A DNA stretch of 32,000 nt from Candidatus Saccharimonadota bacterium (GCA_042852035.1 BAAFHK010000001.1:270001-302000); one strand, 5' to 3'. Shown: positions 9,719 to 22,903, counted from the first letter of the stretch. The notes: a model not told the origin generated them from the sequence alone. Program-made: numbers and translations.

Positions 9719-12700
9719 GCTATGAGATCTTCTTCAAACATACGAATTCATTCAATCGTTTGAGGGTATTTTTTCACATCAGGAAAATCAAGTGTCTTTA
9801 TTTTTGACATTACTGCAATTATGAGCTTTTTCGTGCGTTCAATTTCTCATTCTTGTATATACTCAATAACTCGATGATAGCGATCTTCATCCCTATTTTT
9901 TTCTACAAAAAAAAGCTCGAAAGTTTTTTTCTCAAACATTCGCCATCGAGGAGACATTTCGAATAAAACGGCATAAAAACAGAGCTGAAGTCGATACTTC
10001 CATTGTTTGAGTTTTTCATATTCGGCTCATTTTAGAGTAAAAGAGTCGAATCCTTGTCCAGTCTTATAGTCCGTTATTATGAGGCTATCATCAGGTTTTT
10101 TTTCAATACGATCGATTTTTCATGTAATTTGCACATCTCAAAGAAAAGTTCATCAATGAGCTGCACGAAAATCATACTCAAGAAAGAGCTCTCAGTAAGA
10201 TTCCTTTTTCAGTTCTTCATAGAGCGATTCGAGATGAGTTTTTCATCGTTCGAGGAAATCAGCCTCAGTTTGGGAATCAAACCCTTCTTTTATAAAGTAT
10301 TCTTTGAAGCTTTCAAAAAGAATTCATTTATTGTAAGCCTTTTTTGACATAAAATCCGTAAAGAAATCTTCAAGGGCTTTATGTATCGCAGATCAATAGC
10401 TTGCATTCGCGCTTTTTGCTTGAGGAAATCGCAGTAAAGAATTGGCAACAAAATACTGTGGTCATGCATCAACAATATTAAGAAAATTCTGAAGAGCGGT
10501 TACATTCATTACAAATATTTTCTCTATTCGATCTCGTAGAAAATCGGATTCTTCTCCAAGGTATGGGAGATTAAAAAGCTCATTCTTTTCGACCTCGAGT
10601 GTCGTAATTATGTTTGGAAGAGGAAGAGTTGTGAGCTCTTCCCAATCATCCGATTCAACCTCTATGCAGGGCAAAGGCTCAAGAGGTTTTTCGTTTATAT
10701 TTTCCCTTGAGTAACTAATAGTCAGGGAGTCTTTTGCTCGAGTAAATGCTGTATAAATAAGTCTTTCTATGTCTTCATTATTATCACGTTCTGCTTCAAG
10801 GGGAAGATTCTTAGGAAGAGGTGATCATCCAAATTTTCATTGTTGATACTCGCTACGAGTGACACATGGAACATAAACACACTTCCATTCGAGTCCCTTG
10901 GCTTTGTAAACAGTGATAAGGTTTATTGCATTCTTGTCATTTCATATAATATGTGAAGTTTCTATATCAAGATTGTATTTTTCAATAAGAGACAGGAGAT
11001 GTATTGCATCGGAAATTTTTAAATATCCTTTATTTTTCTTTTGTGCTCGGACTTGCTCTATAAATACTCGAATATTCGATAAATGGCGTGCATATATTAT
11101 ATTCGGATTATTATGGTTTGATAATTGACCAAAAAAGTAATTATAAAAAGGTGAGATATAATTTTTTCTCCCCGATCCAAATAGATCAATTTGTAAGAGA
11201 TTTTCTTTTCCTTCATCATCGTATTCATCTGGAATTGGGAGAGTATTTGCTCCAGTAATAAAGTCGATAATATCCTCTAATCTTTCATTCTGTGATTTGA
11301 AATTCAGTTCTCGAAAAAAATTAGCTATGTCACGAAGATTTCCATCTTCATGTCGGGCAAGATTTTCTATCCAAGACTTGTTGCTTTCCTTGCGGGCATG
11401 GTATATATTTTTTGAAATACTCCAAAGAGTGAGTCGATGGATTCCAAAACAAGGGTGAGAAAGTATACTTAGGAGAAGTTCAGCATCCTCGGTTCTGTAA
11501 TCACCGTTGAGTGAGTGTACAAATTTGAGTATATTTATGAGAAGATGAATTTCATCGGACTCAAAAATTGATTCATCTTTTGAGAGGTTTATGGGAATAT
11601 TTTTTTCAAGGAGTCATTTTCCTATAAGTTCGAGAGTTTTATTTTTCTTCGTGATGATTGCAATTTCATTAGACTTTACTCATGTTTTTAGTATGGAGGC
11701 TATATCTTCTATAATCCAGGCTATCTCCTCAAGTTCATTTCTAAAAATATGCTTTTTTACAATACCTTCAGTACCTCTTACGGCTTCAAATTTTTTTACA
11801 GCTCATTCAAAAATATTTGCAATATTGTTCAATTCTGATTTAATAACTGTACGACTTTCACAAATAATTTCATTCTTGGAACGATAATTTTGCTCAAGAA
11901 TAATAAGTCGAGTATCACTATATGCATCATGAAAATCACGAATATTCTTCGTATTTGCTCACTGGAATTTGTATATAGATTGATCATCATCACCGACTGC
12001 AAAAATATTTGGATTCTCAGTGACTCAAAGTATCCCGTTAATGAGAGTCATTTGTGCATCATTGGTGTCTTGAAATTCATCAATCATTATGAATTGATAT
12101 TGTTCTGCGAGACTCATTCGAACAATATCATTCTCTCTGATAAGTCTTATAGATTCTAGAATCATATCAGAAAAATCAATGAGTCATCGCTTTTTGAGTG
12201 CTGATTGATATTCTTCAAAAATGCTTATGAGTGCCTCTTGTTTTTGGAGCTTTCCTGTTTCTTTGAGGTCTCTGGTATTTTTGTGATTTTTTATCGTCCA
12301 AGAATCTCTCCAGCTATTCATGAATTTTGTGCTTCCATCACCTTCATAGAGTTCCCATATTTCATTCAGACTTCTTTGGAGAATGGTTTCAAATCGTTCG
12401 TAGGTTCCTATAGTCTTTTCAATAACGGACAATTCTTGAACCTTATTTGTTAATTCTTCGAATAACTTAATCTTTTTTTCCTTCTCTTCTTTCTTTTGTC
12501 ATAGTGCATCAATTTGTAAAAAATAGGCTTCAATGATGGGTGAAATTTTTTCAATGGCTTGTCTATTTTTTTCGAGGATAGCCTTATAAAAAGACGGTGT
12601 AATGCCTCATCTTTTGAGATTATCAATCGTTCACTGTACTTCTTTTATTGTATCACTTGCTCGGAAACCTGGCTTATATGGATTATCCCATGAAAGTTTT

Positions 12701-13086
12701 TCGAGAATTTCATCGAGAATACTTGAAGCTTCGATAGGGTCTACAGGACGTGCGTCATTATATTCTTTTGAGAGGTATCGAAAGCGATTCAGTATTTCAC
12801 TTCAAAAACTATGAAAGGTATGGATGGCAACCTTATATGCATCTTGACCAATCATGCTTGCGAGACGATCTCTCATATTGCGTGCAGCATTCTCTGTGAA
12901 GGTAAGACAGAGTATATTGTTTGGAAGATAGTCAGTAATTCTTAGGATATTGGCAATTCGTGCAGAGAGGAGCTCCGTCTTTCCGCTTCATGGTCAAGCA
13001 ATAACGAGCACAGGACCATAAATTGTATCCACAGCTTCTCTTTGTTTAATATTGAGTTTTTTATATCGTTCTTCGAAAGTAGTCAT
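9706..13086 (-). CDS. UvrD/PcrA-type SF1 helicase fused to C-terminal RecB-like PD-(D/E)xK nuclease (1,126 aa)
   Basis: All lines were scanned: no in-frame TAA/TAG from ATG 13086 to TAG 9706-9708. Walker A is AGPGSGKT (12976-12999, two of its Gly are TGA). Helicase motifs present: CLTFTENAARNM, MIDEFQDT (12064-12087), FAVGDDDQSIYKFQGA, LEQNYRS, TVYKAKGLEW, YTAFTRAK. The C-terminal nuclease motifs are GKIDRIEKKPDDSLIITDYKTG (~10060-10125) and YRLQLCFY (QxxxY). Confidence 0.8.
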
Positions 13087-13097
13087 GCCAATATGAT

Positions 13098-13127
13098 ATA
13101 AAAAATCCCCCGAAAGTCGAGGGATTT
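13098..13127 (-). terminator. Rho-independent terminator after ahcY
   Basis: On the minus strand: AAATCCCTCGA / CTT / TCGGGGGATTT, an 11-bp stem with one U-G pair, followed by a T-run. It begins 4 nt after the ahcY stop and ends ~12 nt before the helicase ATG. Confidence 0.6.
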
Positions 13128-13130
13128 CTA

Positions 13131-14519
<1,389 letters not shown>

Positions 14520-14571
14520 AAAATTTTAATTGTAAAAAAATTAACGAGAGAAGTTTATAGAAAAATTAAAT

Positions 14572-15510
14572 TTAGGCAAAAAATAGTTTCCCAAAATTTT
14601 CCTCTCCAAGTTCATTTATCTCATCACGGGAGAGATGGTGATTTTGTCATCAAAAATGACGTATTTTGATACTTGCGACAATGCTTCAGAGTTCTGCAGA
14701 TTTCACCATATCCCAGCCCTCAGAGAGTCCAAAGAGGAGTCCAGCTCGGTAGGCATCTCAACATCCTGTAGCATCAGAAATATTCTTTGGTGGAACGGCT
14801 TTTATTTCATGTATAGAATTTTCGTCATAAATAGTCGAACCCTTTTCTCCGAGAGTGAGGAGTGCAATTTTTCCATTTTCTTGACAAAGGCTCACGAAAT
14901 CTTTTCAGGTCATCTTTTCGAATTGAGTTCTTTCTGGCTCATTCATGGCGGTCATATTGGCTTTGTGAACCGCATGAAGAAGTTCTTCTTTTGAGAAAAT
15001 ACCCATGGCCTGTCCAGGATCAAAAATGGTAAAAATTCAGTCCTCGACACATTCATCAATTCTTCGAAGCATTCATTCTTTGGAATCTGGAGCTACAATA
15101 GCATGGCTGAATTGCTCTTTTTTGTGAGTAAGTCCTCCAGAGAGTGACATGGCACCAGCATGGAAGGTATTAATTTGTCCAGTTTTCTCATCTCGGATAA
15201 TAAAAGCTTGTGCAGAGAAGTTTCCTGCTTTTTGTTCTGAGAGATGGGTGTCGATACCAATATGTTGAAGATGTTCTATATATTCAATCCCATCATCACC
15301 ATAGGTGCCAATAAGAGAAGGAGTTTTTCCTAGGAGAGCAAGAGAATAGGCGATATTTGCTCCAGTTCCTCCGTGTTCTTTTTCGATACGAGGAGAAAAG
15401 AGAGAAAGGTGCATATCATCCTGAATGGTATTGGTATCATTTTGTCTGAATGTCCCAACCGTATGAATGATGGTGTCAAAGGCAATAGATCCAGAAACGA
15501 GGATAGTCAT
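14572..15510 (-). CDS. PfkB-family kinase, adenosine kinase-like (312 aa)
   Basis: The N-terminus MTILVSGSIAFDTI...HGGTGANIAYSLALLG follows the layout of the M. tuberculosis-type adenosine kinase (MTIAVTGSIATD...GGVAGNMAFAIGVLG, from memory). PfkB signature 2 is DATGCGDAYRAGLLFG. The frame was verified to TAA 14572-14574. The gene lies 52 nt upstream of ahcY on the same strand. Confidence 0.7.
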
Positions 15511-15681
15511 ATTTTGGCATTATTAAGTGTCGAAATTCTATAAAAAAATCCGATATTGTCGAATAAATTTCAAAACCTGAATTAAATTGACTTTATATAT
15601 AAATTTATTTAATGCACTATAGTTCACAATAGGTGGGATTTTTACTTTATTCTTCGGGAACTTTCCCTATACTTCAACTAT

Positions 15682-16806
15682 ATGAAGCTCATATGAATTT
15701 CTTGAATTCGTTGATTTGCCATGCTTTGCATCCTGGCATATCACCTCAATCAAATCAGGCCTATTCAAAACCTTGCTCTGTGGGATTGGAAATTATACCA
15801 ATTTGTTTCCATGTTTCCAGTAGTTGTGAGTATATTTTTTATCCTTGCAGGATTCCTTCGCTCCCTTTCGTATTGGAAAGTTATCTTCGATGGCTGAGAG
15901 ATTCCGCCTTTTTGGAAATGATTGAAGGAGAGATTTTTTCGCATTGCTCCTCTATTTTACATTGCATTAATTTCATCTTTTTTATGGTCTATATGGCTTT
16001 GAAATCAGGATTATAAAAGTTTTTTTGTTGGCTTTAGTTTTCTTTCATGGGCTCACCCTTCTACCTTTTTTCCTGTGGCTATAAATGGTCCACTTTGGTT
16101 TGTTGCTTATGATATGATGGGGAATATTCTTGTGATGATTTTTATGATGAAGCTTCTTTGGTTTTTCAGGTGGCTTCCAAATAAAAAATTTTCTATAACT
16201 ATCATTTTTTTTACTTTTGGCTTTCTAATATTGCTTGGTCTTCATCACTTTTTTGTTTCTCTTCCATTCCCCAAACTTGATGGAATCGTATCGGTATGGT
16301 TTCCTTATTATAATCCATTTATTTTTGGTACATATTATCTTTTTTGAGCTCTTCTTGCTTGATTTTATTTTTGGCTGAGAAAGCTCAATTTTGAACAATC
16401 TTTAATTTTTGATTTCATATTTGTTCTTATATTTGCGACTATAGGGGTATTTCTCTACCAGATTCGATCGGCTCCTGACCTTGCTTATTCATCACCGATT
16501 TCACCATATCGCTATCCTTTAGTACCGCTACTTTTTGGACTTTCGTTATTTGCACTCTTATTTTCGAGATATTTTGCAAACTGGATCGATAATCGTTTTT
16601 TTCTCTTTATTGCAGAGATTTCGTATCCGTTCTATCTTTTTCATGCTCTAATACTTGTTGTGGTACAGGAATTCTTGTTTCCTACTTTATGAGATTTTAC
16701 TACATGGACTCTTCTTTCTATTTCTGTTATCACTATTTCAGTGATTCTAAGCATGCTTCTCATTCGTTTAGAAAAGGTATGGTTCAAATTTCTTAAGAAG
16801 CATTAA
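15682..16806 (+). CDS. Acyltransferase_3 (OafA-like) family integral membrane protein (374 aa)
   Basis: The N-terminus MKLIGISGIRGFAMLCILAYHLN resembles the acyltransferase_3 start (ldglRgiA...H). NGPLWFVAYDM and AEISYPFYLFH motifs are present, and the protein is highly hydrophobic throughout. Frame 1 is open with TGA=Gly to TAA 16804-16806. Confidence 0.7.
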
Positions 16807-16985
16807 AAAATATCAAGCTCTCTAAGAGTATTTTCAGCATCATTACTTTCTTTTTTTTCAGCATCTTTTACTTTTTGTGCGATTAAATCCGCTTTTTCAT
16901 AGGCTCTTTTTGCTTTTTCGAGCTGCTTTTTTGTGAGTGGCTTACTTTTTCCAGATGATGAAGGCGTATAGTCTCAGTATCCCAT
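16803..16985 (-). CDS. Small Lys/Glu-rich hypothetical protein (60 aa)
   Basis: ATG 16985, 10 nt downstream of the murA stop. Translation: MGYGDYTPSSSGKSKPLTKKQLEKAKRAYEKADLIAQKVKDAEKKESNDAENTLRELDIF, with one in-frame TGA. I recognise no family; the call rests on ORF evidence only. Confidence 0.3.
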
Positions 16986-16995
16986 ATAAGGAGTA

Positions 16996-18258
16996 TTAAT
17001 CAATTTTTTCGATTATTCAACCGAGTGATGTGATTTTTCCAACAATATCTTCATAACCACGTTCTATATACTCAACATTAGTAATGAGTGTGTCGCCTCG
17101 AGCTATCATACCAGCGATAATCATTGTAACTCAGGCTCTTAGATCCCAACTTGACACGGTAGTTCCTTTGAGGTGGGTTCGCCCAAATATCATAGCTTCA
17201 TGAGGATTCATAATAGCAATATGGCCTTTCATTTTTTCTACTTCTATAAGCCAATTAAGTCTTCATTCGAAGAGTACCTCATGGATTCGTGAGATACCTT
17301 CAGCTTGAGTAAGCATGAGAGCAAAAGGAGATTGAAGATCAGTTGGAAATCCAGGAAAAATATTTGTTTGAAGATTCGTTGGCTTGAGGCTTGTTCGAGA
17401 ATTATAAACCGTAATTATATCGTGTTCGATATCGGTATCAAATCGTACGCCTGCATCTTCACATTTTCTAAGAAAGGAAGTTAAATCACTAATTCTCGCC
17501 CCCTCGATTTTTATAGATGGTTCAGCTGTAAGTGCGCCAAGAATAATGAAAGTTCCACTTTCGATATAATCACAAATTACTCTTCCCTGAGCTTCAGAGC
17601 GAGACACACTAGGGTTTCATGTTATGGTGATTGTATGGTTATAGTCCACATCTATTTCAACTCACATTCCACGGTAAAACTCTATAAGGTTCATAACGTG
17701 TGGTTCGATGGCGGCAAGTTCTATCGTTGTTTTTCAACTTCTAAGAGCAGCCATCATAATTATATTTTCTGTGGCTGTAACCGCAAAATTGGCTCGAAGG
17801 GTCACATTATTATGGTGATCCTTTCACTGGAAAGCGATATTTTCGCCCTCACCCATATTTTCGTATCCGAATGCAAGAAAAGCCTCAAGGTGTTCATCAA
17901 TCGGACGTTTTCCTATATTGCATCATCCAGGAAAGGGGATTTCTAGGGCTCCGAGTCGGGCAAGAAGTGCTGGGAAGAGAAAAATACCGACACGAATTTT
18001 TTTTATCTTATCTCGATTTATATGAGCAATAGTAAGTTTGCTTGTATCATAGGAAACAGTATTTCCATCCCAGGTGACAGTGACTCAAAGTGATTCAACT
18101 ATTGAGAGAAACGTCATGACATCACCTATTTTTGGTACATTATGAAGCCTAAATTTTTCAAAGAAAAGCCCAGCAGCCAAAAGAGGAAGGGCAGCATTTT
18201 TTGATCCAGATATTTTTACCGTTCCAGAGAGAGATTGAGGTCAAGAAATCTTAAGCAT
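16996..18258 (-). CDS. murA: UDP-N-acetylglucosamine 1-carboxyvinyltransferase (420 aa)
   Basis: MLKISGPQSLSGTVKISGSKNAALPLLAA, the active-site loop FPGGCNIGKRPIDEH (one Gly is TGA), FPGFPTDLQSPFALMLTQAEG, HEVLFEGRL, and IERGYEDIVGKITSLGG. The frame was verified with no TAA/TAG until 16996-16998. Confidence 0.93.
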
Positions 18259-18294
18259 AAATAGAAATATACGTTGTGGAAGATGGGAGATTTA

Positions 18295-18335
18295 CAAAAA
18301 AACTCCCCGACATTGTATAGTTTGGGGTTTTTTTT
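18295..18335. terminator. Weak symmetric terminator-like element between the response regulator and murA
   Basis: A8-CT-CCCC (18305-18308)-N15-GGGG (18324-18327)-T8. The GC stem is short and the loop long, so the call is tentative. Confidence 0.3.
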
Positions 18336-18346
18336 GCAAAAACTTT

Positions 18347-19012
18347 CTATCGAACTCGATAGCCAACCCCACGAATCGTCTCGATTTCTATAGCACCTTC
18401 AAGCTTCTTTCGTAGATTCTTTATGTGAGTATCTATCGTTCTGTCATAGAGATAATTATCATATCAAATGATATCTTTCATTAGAGATTCTCGTTTGATA
18501 ACTCATTTTGCATTCTTGAGGAGGTATTCAAGTATTGAAAATTCTGTTTTTGTAAGTTTTAGCTCCTCTCATGAAAGAAGGGCAATATGATTTTTACTAT
18601 CAATCTCAATAGATCCAAGAGAAAGTGTTTTCCCATTTTTTGAATCCTTTTTTTCTTCTGCACGCTTTGCAACTGCGGTAATGCGTGCTACAAGCTCGCG
18701 GGCGGAAAACGGCTTCGCAACATAATCATCAGCACCGAGTTCAAGTAATTGAACTTTGTCATCTTCAGATTCTCGAGCTGAGAGGATAATAATTGGAGTT
18801 TTTGATACCGTTCGTATTTCTCGACAGATCTCGATTCAATTTTTTCATGGAAGATTGATATCGAGAATTATGAGTTGTGGCTTTTCAGCAGAGAATGTAT
18901 CAAGGGCATCTCATCAATTACTACAGACACTTACGGTATGTCCTGCTTGTTTTAGGTATGCTGTTAGAGGGGTAATAATGCCTGAATCATCTTCAATAAG
19001 AAGAAGGTGCAT
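18347..19012 (-). CDS. OmpR/PhoB-family response regulator (221 aa)
   Basis: Receiver domain: MHLLLIEDD...[22 protein letters not shown]...[39 protein letters not shown]. Winged-helix C-terminus: [25 protein letters not shown]...[15 protein letters not shown]...[11 protein letters not shown]. The start was chosen at the ATG giving MHLLLIEDD. Stop is TAG 18347-18349. Confidence 0.88.
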
Positions 19013-19159
19013 AATGGAAAGATTAGGATTTAATTTGCTACAAATATTGTACGAAGTCTTTTCATAAAGCAAGCTTTGAGTAGGCAAGAAGTCATATGTT
19101 TTGCAAGGGAAAATATTCGATTCTTCATAAAAAAACTGATATGATAGCCATAATCGAGA

Positions 19160-19187
19160 TTGAAAAACAGACTCATTTCGATATAAT
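19160..19187 (+). promoter_or_regulatory. Putative sigma70-type promoter of clpC
   Basis: TTGAAA (19160-19165), 16-nt spacer, TATAAT (19182-19187), 25 nt upstream of ATG 19212. Confidence 0.45.
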
Positions 19188-19211
19188 CCTTCACACAAAT
19201 TTTACTAAAAT

Positions 19212-21794
19212 ATGCTTAATCAATTTAACGACGAATATAAAGAAGTCATGCTCGCGGCAGAAAATCGAGTACGTCAATTTGGACATAAAGAGATTCTTCC
19301 GGAGGATATCATAGTTCAAATTGCCTCTATACGAACAGGAAATATTTTTGATCTCTTTACGAGTTTTGGGCTCAATGATGTTATTATCCTTGATGTTCTC
19401 TCAAGACCACCATTTACTCCCCAAGTTTCACGTGATGGAAATTATGTGGGTATATCGGATCGTGTAAAAAATCTCATTGTTATGAGCATGAAGGTGGCGG
19501 CAAGTTTTCAAAAATCTCAAGCAGGAATTGAAGATTTTCTCCTTGCAATGTTTCGAATTGAGACAGAAAATTGGTTTTACCAACTGCTTGATTTTGTTGG
19601 CATTTCCCCAAAGGATTTTGAAACACAAGTAATTGAGATTAATACTCTTATTGCCGGTGCATCAAATGCTCAGTTAGCACCCGATTTAACGAATGGGGGT
19701 ATTTTTGGGCCTATTGATGAGATTATGAAGATGTTGGAAGATACATTTTCGAATGTAAAGAAAACTCAACAGTCATGAGCAGAAAAATGATCAAACCCTT
19801 TTGTTCAGAACAAGCCACAAGAAAAAAAAGAATCAAAAACACCTGCTCTTGATTTTTTTGGTCAGGATCTTACGGCTCGTGCACGAGATGGAAAAATTGA
19901 TCCAGTAATCGGCAGAGAAAGCGAAATCAGTCGTCTTATATCTATCTTGAATCGTAAGACGAAAAATAACCCCTGTCTCGTATGAGATCCTTGAGTGGGT
20001 AAGACTGCCGTTGTAGAGTGACTTGCTCGTCGAATTGCTCTTTGAGAAGTTCCTTTTGCTATGCGAGATAAGCGAATTATTGCTCTCGATCTTTCGATGA
20101 TGGTTGCTGGGACAAAGTACCGTGGAGAATTTGAATGACGCTTGAAACAAGTAATAGATGAGGCGGCCGTAGTTGAAAATGAGGTCGTGCTTTTTATAGA
20201 TGAGATTCATACTATTATTGGCGCTTGAGGCGCAGAGGGAACTCTTGATGCTGCAAATATCCTCAAGCCCGCGATGGCTCGTGGTCAAATTTGTCTTATA
20301 GGTGCAACTACCTTAAATGAGTACCAAAAATATATCGAAAAGGATAGCGCTCTCGAGAGAAGATTTCAGAAGGTTGATGTTCCAGAGCCGGATTTTGATA
20401 CTTCAATTGAAGTTATCTCAGGGCTTCGCCCGACATTTGAAGAGTTTCATAATCTCATCATTGATGATGATGCGATTGAGGATGCAGTAGCTCTTTCTAC
20501 TCGATATATTACTGATCGTTTTCTCCCTGATAAAGCAATCGATCTTATAGATGAAGCATGTAGTGAAAAGAGTATGACTTACTCAGTTGATACGACTGAG
20601 GTCGAAGAGATTAAAGAGCGTATCGCTACACTTCAGAAAGATATAGAATCTCTTCTTATTTCCCAACAATATCAAAAAGCTCTTGTTAAGAGACGAGAGA
20701 TGGATTTGCTTAAGGTAGAAGCTGATGAAAAAAGAAAAAAGCGAGTTATCCCACGAAAAAATAGACTTCATATAACCTCTGCAGATGTCCAAAAGGTAAT
20801 CCATCAAATGACGGGAGTTCCTCTCAAAAATCTTGAAAAAGAGGATCTTTCTCGGTTGCGCACCCTTGCCCTTACTCTTAAGAAACGAGTCATAGGGCAA
20901 GATAAAGCAATCGATTCCATTGTATCATCTCTTAAGCGATCTCGTGTTGGGATTTCTTCTCCGAACCGTCCAATTGGCTCATTTCTCTTTCTTGGTCCAA
21001 CAGGCGTAGGAAAAACTGAGCTTGTAAAAGTTCTTGCAGAAGAATTTTTCTCAGACTCAAAAGCACTCATTAAGATTGACATGAGTGAGTATCAGGATAA
21101 ATCAAGTGCTTCCAAGCTTATAGGGACTACTGCAGGCTATATCTGATATGAAGAGTGAGGTATGCTTACGGAAAAGGTTCGCCGAAAGCCATACTCAATT
21201 GTCCTCTTTGATGAAATTGAAAAAGGGAATTTTGATGTCTATAATCTTCTCCTCCAGATTCTCGAAGATGGGGAAATCACAGATGGGAAGGGAAGAAAGG
21301 TGAATTTCAAAAATACGATTGTCATAATGACATCTAATATTGGAAGTGAAGAGTTTAATACGGAAGCGCAAAAAATTGGATTTGCGACGTCGGATGCAGA
21401 AGAGAATAAAATTATTGCAAACTATGATGAAATCAAAGCAAAAGTTCTCAAGCAGCTCCCAGACTTCTTCGCTCCAGAGTTTCTTAATCGCGTTGATAAG
21501 ACGATTGTTTTTAATCCTCTAGATAAAAAAGTCTTAAAATCAATCGTTATCCTTCAATTATCTGAATTAATCGAAAGACTTTCAAAAATTTGAATCGAAC
21601 TGAGTTATGATACAAAAGTACTTGCGCATATAGTCTCCGAAACCTATAACCCAGAATACGGTGCACGACCAGTCAGACGATATATACAGGATGAGATTGA
21701 AGACGCTATTGCAGATGCTATGGTTGAGAAAAAGGCAAAAAAATCAGTCAAAATAGCAGTTGAAAAAAAGAAGCTGAAGTTTGAATTTAATTAA
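19212..21794 (+). CDS. clpC: ATP-dependent Clp protease ATP-binding subunit ClpC-type (860 aa)
   Basis: Three track ORFs (19212-19778, 20274-21146, 21162-21593) are in one frame, joined by TGA codons. The Clp_N N-terminus is present. D1 Walker A is LVGDPGVGKT (19983-20006, TGA at 19983 and 19992), followed by [13 protein letters not shown]. There is a short UVR-like middle segment. D2 is [14 protein letters not shown], and GYIGYEEGG has TGA at 21144 and 21156. LFDEIEKG, a KIGF loop and [10 protein letters not shown] are also present. Ends TAA 21792-21794. Confidence 0.92.
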
Positions 21795-21807
21795 TTGAAA
21801 AATAAAT

Positions 21808-21835
21808 TTGACAAAAGTATAAATATTAGTATATA
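21808..21835 (+). promoter_or_regulatory. Putative sigma70-type promoter of the SH3b lipoprotein gene
   Basis: TTGACA (21808-21813), 16-nt spacer, TATATA (21830-21835), 30 nt upstream of ATG 21865. Confidence 0.5.
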
Positions 21836-21864
21836 CAAATTTACTAACACTTATACTTTTTTAT

Positions 21865-22854
21865 ATGCGTTCACTTCTTGTTCTTGTTTCTACTATTCTT
21901 GTTGCCTGTACTTGAGCATATATTTTTTCTGTAAATAGTGACGAACTTGCAGGAGCCCAGCTTATCACAAACTGTGATGGAACCCAATTTATCAGGACTT
22001 CACCCGGAGAGCTCCGAGTGCAGATTGTAGCGAAGAATCTTCCTGGCTGTATCGGTAAGGCTTCATCTTGATCTACTTCTGTGGTAGTATCTTCTGGAAC
22101 AACTCTTACCGTAGTAAAAGATGTTACAAACTGTAATGGTCTCCGCGTTATTTCTTATTCTGATGGAAGCTATAAGAGTTTCTATGCAGAAAAAAATCTT
22201 CCAAATTGTATCCGAGCAGGATATGTTCCTGAGGTAAATACAGGTTCACGTATTGATCTTTCTCATGGACCTCTTCTTGATCTTGCTTCCACAGAAATCG
22301 TTAATTATCGAGCACAACTCCTAAAGGACCAAGGCATTCGATTCGCTAATGCCGTACGAAGTGCTCGAATCCGAAGAGCAGCTACAAAACAGTCAAATAC
22401 TGAAGCAATCCTCATGAGAAACGATGCCGTAGTCGTAAATGGAGATGTTACAGGTTGGACAAAAGTGACAGGTGCTGAACTTGAGGTAACAAGCACTCAG
22501 GAAAATACCGTAGAGGCTAATACTGATGGGAAAGCGTCTGGGTATACTGCAGGTCGACTTCTTCGTGATCCGAATATTTCGGATTTAGTAAAAATCGAGC
22601 AAGCAGACCATGCTTACTGGAGTGATATTGCTTATACAAATGTAGAAAAGTATGTGAATATTCGTTCAAATCCAAACTATGAAGCCCCAATAGTTACGAC
22701 TCTCGGAAGAAATTACCCACTCTTTGTAATTTCTACAGTAGATAACTGGTCTCTTGTGCGAAATGATTCTGGAACTATCCGTGGATACATCCGTTCAGAT
22801 TATCTTCGTATTGAAAAAGTCCAGCGTGTTGATACTTCAAATGGAGTAAAATAA
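21865..22854 (+). CDS. Putative lipoprotein with C-terminal SH3b-like domain (329 aa)
   Basis: MRSLLVLVSTILVAC has a lipobox-like LVAC. The ORF continues through two TGA codons into track ORF 22081-22854. The C-terminus YVNIRSNPNYEAPIVTTLGRNYPLFVISTVDNWSLVRNDSGTIRGYIRSDYL fits the bacterial SH3 (SH3_3) pattern. Confidence 0.7.
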
Positions 22855-22877
22855 TATCTTCCAACTTTTGCTTTTTT

Positions 22878-22903
22878 TACCTCTATCTGATACGATAGAG
22901 GTA
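22878..22903 (+). terminator. Hairpin (likely terminator) after the lipoprotein gene
   Basis: Perfect 10-bp inverted repeat TACCTCTATC / TGATAC / GATAGAGGTA, followed by T/A-rich sequence. It lies between stop 22854 and the next ATG at 22919. Confidence 0.5.

Noticed and set aside
15587-15623. Promoter for the acyltransferase gene (TTGACT at 15587-15592)
   Set aside because: There is no acceptable -10 hexamer at 16-18 nt spacing (TAATGC at best; TATAGT is 25 nt away). The support is too weak to report as a feature.
19013-19211. CtsR operator (tandem GGTCAAA heptads) upstream of clpC
   Set aside because: I found no such direct repeat in the intergenic region.
21842-21852. 11-mer TACTAACACTT shared with 27449-27459, considered as a common regulatory motif
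   Set aside because: Its position relative to the nearby promoters and starts is inconsistent. An 11-mer match is not surprising in 32 kb of compositionally biased DNA.
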